Below are positions 60,109-64,000 of a DNA stretch of 64,000 nt, one piece after another. Below the pieces are notes generated by a model. The model searched no databases and was not told the origin of the DNA. It saw only the letters and a list, made by a program, of their open reading frames with translations. The position numbers and the translations under genes were made by a program. This DNA comes from a virus. Every line of letters starts with the position of its first letter. Position 1 is the stretch's first letter. The DNA is taken from IMG/VR virus record IMGVR_UViG_3300032304_001168. One strand, given 5' to 3'.

Positions 60109-60909
60109 TTACATCCACTCGAACAAATCACTAGATAAGTTTCTCAACTTTCTCAAACTTTTCTCTTTTATTTGGCGCACCCTCTCTTTCGTAAGATTGA
60201 AGTCCCCACCAATATCTTCCAATGTTCTTGGTGAACCTGTAAGACCAAAATAATCTTCAATGATGGTTTTCTCACGTTCATCCAAACAAGTCAATAATCC
60301 AAGTAGTTTGGTTTTAAGAATGTCTTTGGTATTAAATGATTCATCAGGCATATCAGCTTCATCATTCTTTAATACATCAAATAGTGTATCACCCTCTTCA
60401 TTGATGTCCATATCAAGGTCAATCATTGATGGTAATCCAGTGAATCTTTCATCTAGTTCACCACCTTTTTTATCAACCTCTTTCTTTGCTCTATGTAAAT
60501 CTTGAACCACATTTGTTGGGAGACGAATTGTTCTTGCATTCTCATTAAGAGATTGTAGAATTGACTGTTTAATCCACCATACAGCATAAGATATGAAACG
60601 TAAATCTTTGTTCCAATCAAAATTTTTGATGGCTTTCATAAGGCCAAAATTACCTTCGGCAATAAGGTCGGGTAAATCCAATCCTTGATTTTGATATTGT
60701 TTGGCCACGGTAATTACGAATCGTAGATTACCCTCCAATAATTCTTTATTTACTTTTTCCCTTTCTTCAATGGTCAACGTATCAGACTTCATTAGTTCTG
60801 CAAGTTGTTTCTCTCTCTCTGGGGTCATTACCTTTTTCTTTCTTATGTCTTTAAGATAAGATTGGATTTCTTCTTGATTGATTGGAATACCTGAATTTTT
60901 TTCTTTCAT
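60109..60909 (-). CDS. RNA polymerase sigma70 factor (RpoD/SigA-like, no region 1.1)
   Basis: SYLKDI; NLRFVITVAKQY; RFISYAVWWIKQSI; TLEDIG..LTKERVRQI. Confidence 0.93.
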   Translation of the reverse strand: MKEKNSGIPINQEEIQSYLKDIRKKKVMTPEREKQLAELMKSDTLTIEEREKVNKELLEGNLRFVITVAKQYQNQGLDLPDLIAEGNFGLMKAIKNFDWNKDLRFISYAVWWIKQSILQSLNENARTIRLPTNVVQDLHRAKKEVDKKGGELDERFTGLPSMIDLDMDINEEGDTLFDVLKNDEADMPDESFNTKDILKTKLLGLLTCLDEREKTIIEDYFGLTGSPRTLEDIGGDFNLTKERVRQIKEKSLRKLRNLSSDLFEWM

Positions 60910-60910
60910 T

Positions 60911-61450
60911 TTATTTTGAATATTGTGTTAACAAATTTTTTTCATCAGCTGTAAGTGAACTCATACCACTAACATTAATCTTATCCAAGAGTTCATCCAA
61001 AGTTGGTACTTTAGGTTCACCGAATAATTTTTTCTTAATGTCAATTGATATTCTTTCCATTTTTAAATCATCCATAGGTTCATCTACACTCATATACATT
61101 GCATCTTGAACCATCTTTTGTTCTTCCTCCGTATATTCATCATTTGTCTTACACAAATCCGTACCAAATATATGTTGTTCATGTTCTTTTGGAAACCAAT
61201 ATGACATTTTGTCAGGTTTTATTGGGGTGAGGATATAAGTTATAGATAAATCACCCAAGATTACGTCAAATAAATTTTTAACCTTATCAAATCCTAACTT
61301 GGTTTCAAAGGTAATCAAAATTGTTTGTTCACCAAAAAAATATTTGATTGAACTACCCACAGGTATTGAATCTCTAATTTCGGTTGCAAGACTATGTGCG
61401 AACATTTCTTGTTTGTCGTGTTGGATAAAAACGTTTAATAGGTACTTCAT
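60911..61450 (-). CDS. Hypothetical protein with C-terminal PTLDELLDKI..SLT..E..LL motif
   Basis: 179 aa; tail shared with the 61453 gene. Confidence 0.7.
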   Translation of the reverse strand: MKYLLNVFIQHDKQEMFAHSLATEIRDSIPVGSSIKYFFGEQTILITFETKLGFDKVKNLFDVILGDLSITYILTPIKPDKMSYWFPKEHEQHIFGTDLCKTNDEYTEEEQKMVQDAMYMSVDEPMDDLKMERISIDIKKKLFGEPKVPTLDELLDKINVSGMSSLTADEKNLLTQYSK

Positions 61451-61452
61451 AG

Positions 61453-61662
61453 TTATTTTGAATATTTGTTTAATAATTCCATTTCTTTTTTAGTCAGTGA
61501 CTCTAAACCATAACCAATTATCTTGTCTAAAAGTTCATCCAATGTTGGAATTTTTTCTCTGTATTGGTCTCCCAATAAACGTCTGAGTTTAAAATCTTTT
61601 CTATTATAACCTGGTCTCCAATCTATTTTTGGTCTCCTTGGTTGTTCATCTGGTTCTCTCAT
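61453..61662 (-). CDS. Small protein sharing the PTLDELLDKI tail
   Basis: 69 aa; TATCTTTG -7 box upstream. Confidence 0.7.
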   Translation of the reverse strand: MREPDEQPRRPKIDWRPGYNRKDFKLRRLLGDQYREKIPTLDELLDKIIGYGLESLTKKEMELLNKYSK

Positions 61663-61717
61663 ATTACTGTTCTTTTGTGTGAGTCAAAGATAATTTATAA
61701 CTATGAATTTTCAAAAT

Positions 61718-64000
61718 TTATTTCAATAAAAATCCAAGTTCATAAACAAGTGGTCTCATTCTATCTTCCAAGTTTTTGTATAATTGTCTAAACTCTTTGA
61801 ATTCATCTGGAAAATATTCTTTCCAAACTAGTTTAAGTTGTGCATATCCAGCATCCCAACTATTTAAATGATTTGAGTTATCGGCCATAAGATGTCTTTG
61901 TCTCATAGATTTTTCAACTAATTCAATTGCTTTATCTAATACAAGTTTTGCATCAGGACTTAGTTTGTTGTAAATGTCTTGTTCACCGAATAGTAATTCA
62001 TAAACATATCTATTGTTACTGGTTCTAGCATCGTTGTATAATTCTGTGTAGTGATTATCATTAGCTAACTTCAACATCCTCTCTTTTGACATCCAAAAGA
62101 ATTCATTATTTATGTCCCAAAGTTTGTCTTTGTAAGTTACTTGTCTTAATGAACTTTGTTGACTTGAATTATTAAATAATGAATATACCACACTATCGTA
62201 TGTAAATTGTTGATATTGGGGGTGTTGTTCGTTGGGTTCAAGGTATTCATCTTTACAATTCATCCAATTTGGTTGTATTGTTTTTCTTGAGGTAAATGAT
62301 AATAAACATTTTTTAAAGTTAGATTGTTTAATAACTATTCCATGCGCATCAGAAAAAGCTCCACTAAAAATAGATACTTCCTTGATATTTTTTTCAACAT
62401 AATTTGACTTATTAAACATATACCCCAAAAAGTTTAGGGGTAATTTACAATTTCCAATTTGTTTAATATTTAATGAACTACTTAATTGAGGTGTATTATA
62501 TAAATTTTCTTTTTTATCAATATTCTTAACCCAATTAGATAAATTATTTAAATAATCTATGTTATATAGATTTTTGTTTCCTATTTTTTTTATTAATAAT
62601 TCTTTTTTATCATATTCTAATAAATCATATTCAAAATTAGTCTTAAATGTATTTGGTTTATCGTATATTGAAAATCCTATTCCCCAACCTTTGGCTACAT
62701 CTGAAAAGTTAGAGGCTTCAAATAAAAATCCTTTTTTATAACCAAAACTTTCAAGATATTCTTTTCTAAACTTTTTATATGAACTTCCAGTTAAATATAA
62801 GGGTGGACAAAATATTGAAATTTTTATATTATGATTAATTTCTTGTATTTTTGTTAATCTATACAAAAATTGAGCATACAAGTTTTCACTACATCTTCCC
62901 CATTTTTTTTCTTTCATTTCACTACCCATAATTGTATTATTTATACCACTTTTGTGGGTTTCACCAAAATTACCAGCTGTAGCATAAGGCGGATTTATTA
63001 AAATAATAATTTCCCTCCCACTTTCAATAGCATTTCTCAAACCTTTTGGTAATAGGTCATAATCATCATTCAAGAAATCAAATTGAAATTTTATTGCTTC
63101 AGGATTATATCCCATTTGTTCCGCAGTTTGAATATCTGAATAATTTAAAGTTGATACATATAGTTCTTTAAATTTAATTCCCCTTGTTAAATTACCAGTA
63201 CCCCAAGCTGGATCCCATACAATATACTTTTCTTTCCAATCCTCACCAAACACCGATGCTATATATTCATGTGCTTTATTCGCCCATATTGTTGGTGTAA
63301 AAAACTCACCTTGTTTTCTTCTAGTAATGTCTTGAATTAATCTATCAACAACTGCAGTTAATTCTTCTTTTTGTGTTGGTGAATAATTATGAGAAAAGTG
63401 ACTAAAAAAAGATGTAAAAGCTTCCTTAGATTTAACACTAACTTCGTTAAAAGATTTAGTAACTATTGTTTTTCTTTTAACAACAGGGTGCAAATAATTT
63501 TCATCAGGATTAATTAACAATTGTACAAATAAATTAGCCAATTGATTTGTATTTAAGCTATGTTTACCTAATACATTATTTTCAAAATAATTAAATACTT
63601 CAGTTATGTTATGTGGAGTAATTGGTATTAATCTCGTTACATTTTTAGCTAAATCTATGATTTTTTCAACAACAATATCCAACTCATTTATTGAAAAAAT
63701 AAATGGAGCAATCTTTTCATCTTGCATCAACTTTTCTTTAAGAGGAAATATCATATGAGCTTTAGATGCCGCTAATTCCCAATTAATATCCAAAGAAAGG
63801 TATTCAAATATTGTATTTGTATGGATTAAAAACCACTCGTTTTTATCTGCCAATAGTAAAACATTTGGTAACATCAATCCATTAAGTTCAAATTTTTTAA
63901 CATAATAGATTGCTTGTATTAATACATCAACTTGATTAGATTTATCTCTTAAATCAACATCTTTTTTGAATTCACACAATAATTTAATACCGTATTTTTG
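61718..64000 (-). CDS. Type IIG-like restriction-modification enzyme / N6-adenine methyltransferase (5' truncated by window)
   Basis: GEFFTP, WDPAWGTG, NPPY; N-terminal CEFK..QAIYY nuclease-like motif. Confidence 0.8.
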   Translation of the reverse strand, partial: QKYGIKLLCEFKKDVDLRDKSNQVDVLIQAIYYVKKFELNGLMLPNVLLLADKNEWFLIHTNTIFEYLSLDINWELAASKAHMIFPLKEKLMQDEKIAPFIFSINELDIVVEKIIDLAKNVTRLIPITPHNITEVFNYFENNVLGKHSLNTNQLANLFVQLLINPDENYLHPVVKRKTIVTKSFNEVSVKSKEAFTSFFSHFSHNYSPTQKEELTAVVDRLIQDITRRKQGEFFTPTIWANKAHEYIASVFGEDWKEKYIVWDPAWGTGNLTRGIKFKELYVSTLNYSDIQTAEQMGYNPEAIKFQFDFLNDDYDLLPKGLRNAIESGREIIILINPPYATAGNFGETHKSGINNTIMGSEMKEKKWGRCSENLYAQFLYRLTKIQEINHNIKISIFCPPLYLTGSSYKKFRKEYLESFGYKKGFLFEASNFSDVAKGWGIGFSIYDKPNTFKTNFEYDLLEYDKKELLIKKIGNKNLYNIDYLNNLSNWVKNIDKKENLYNTPQLSSSLNIKQIGNCKLPLNFLGYMFNKSNYVEKNIKEVSIFSGAFSDAHGIVIKQSNFKKCLLSFTSRKTIQPNWMNCKDEYLEPNEQHPQYQQFTYDSVVYSLFNNSSQQSSLRQVTYKDKLWDINNEFFWMSKERMLKLANDNHYTELYNDARTSNNRYVYELLFGEQDIYNKLSPDAKLVLDKAIELVEKSMRQRHLMADNSNHLNSWDAGYAQLKLVWKEYFPDEFKEFRQLYKNLEDRMRPLVYELGFLLK

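Overview
An AT-rich, densely coding 64-kb fragment of a large (jumbo-type) dsDNA phage, probably infecting a Bacteroidota host. The host call rests on TTTG-N20-TAnnTTTG promoters, a Bacteroidota-like sigma70 and an Hc1-like protein. No capsid, terminase or polymerase gene lies in the window. It holds auxiliary genes (smpB, dnaJ, sigma70, thioredoxin, glutaredoxin, NUDIX, Dps-like, NucA-type nuclease, three tandem C5 methyltransferases, a type IIG-like RM gene, homing endonucleases and a probable lysis trio) and many orphan ORFs. Three main observations stand out. (1) An integron-like cassette system: a tyrosine recombinase lacking the IntI insertion (32287-33087) is followed by an attI-like site and attC-like hairpin-bounded cassettes. 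A second, integrase-less array at 18.0-19.06 kb uses the same 54-bp attC family, and one attC loop encodes the start and leader peptide of its own cassette gene. (2) About 30 otherwise unrelated ORFs share short N-terminal leaders ending in (I/L/F)xE and sit behind a TATTTAT promoter-like motif. This resembles a capsid-targeting and head-protease cleavage tag on a varied enzyme cargo (kinase, HEXXH proteases, GNAT, LRR, PcfJ, DHH). (3) A DHH phosphoesterase has its catalytic HQDLDG motif split by CTT-TGA-CTA, which a ribosomal stop-hop would restore exactly. A tRNA-like RNA with an expanded anticodon arm and a G-rich non-coding region with TGACA-N3-TGTCA repeats are also present. All family assignments are by eye from motifs; no database searches were run.
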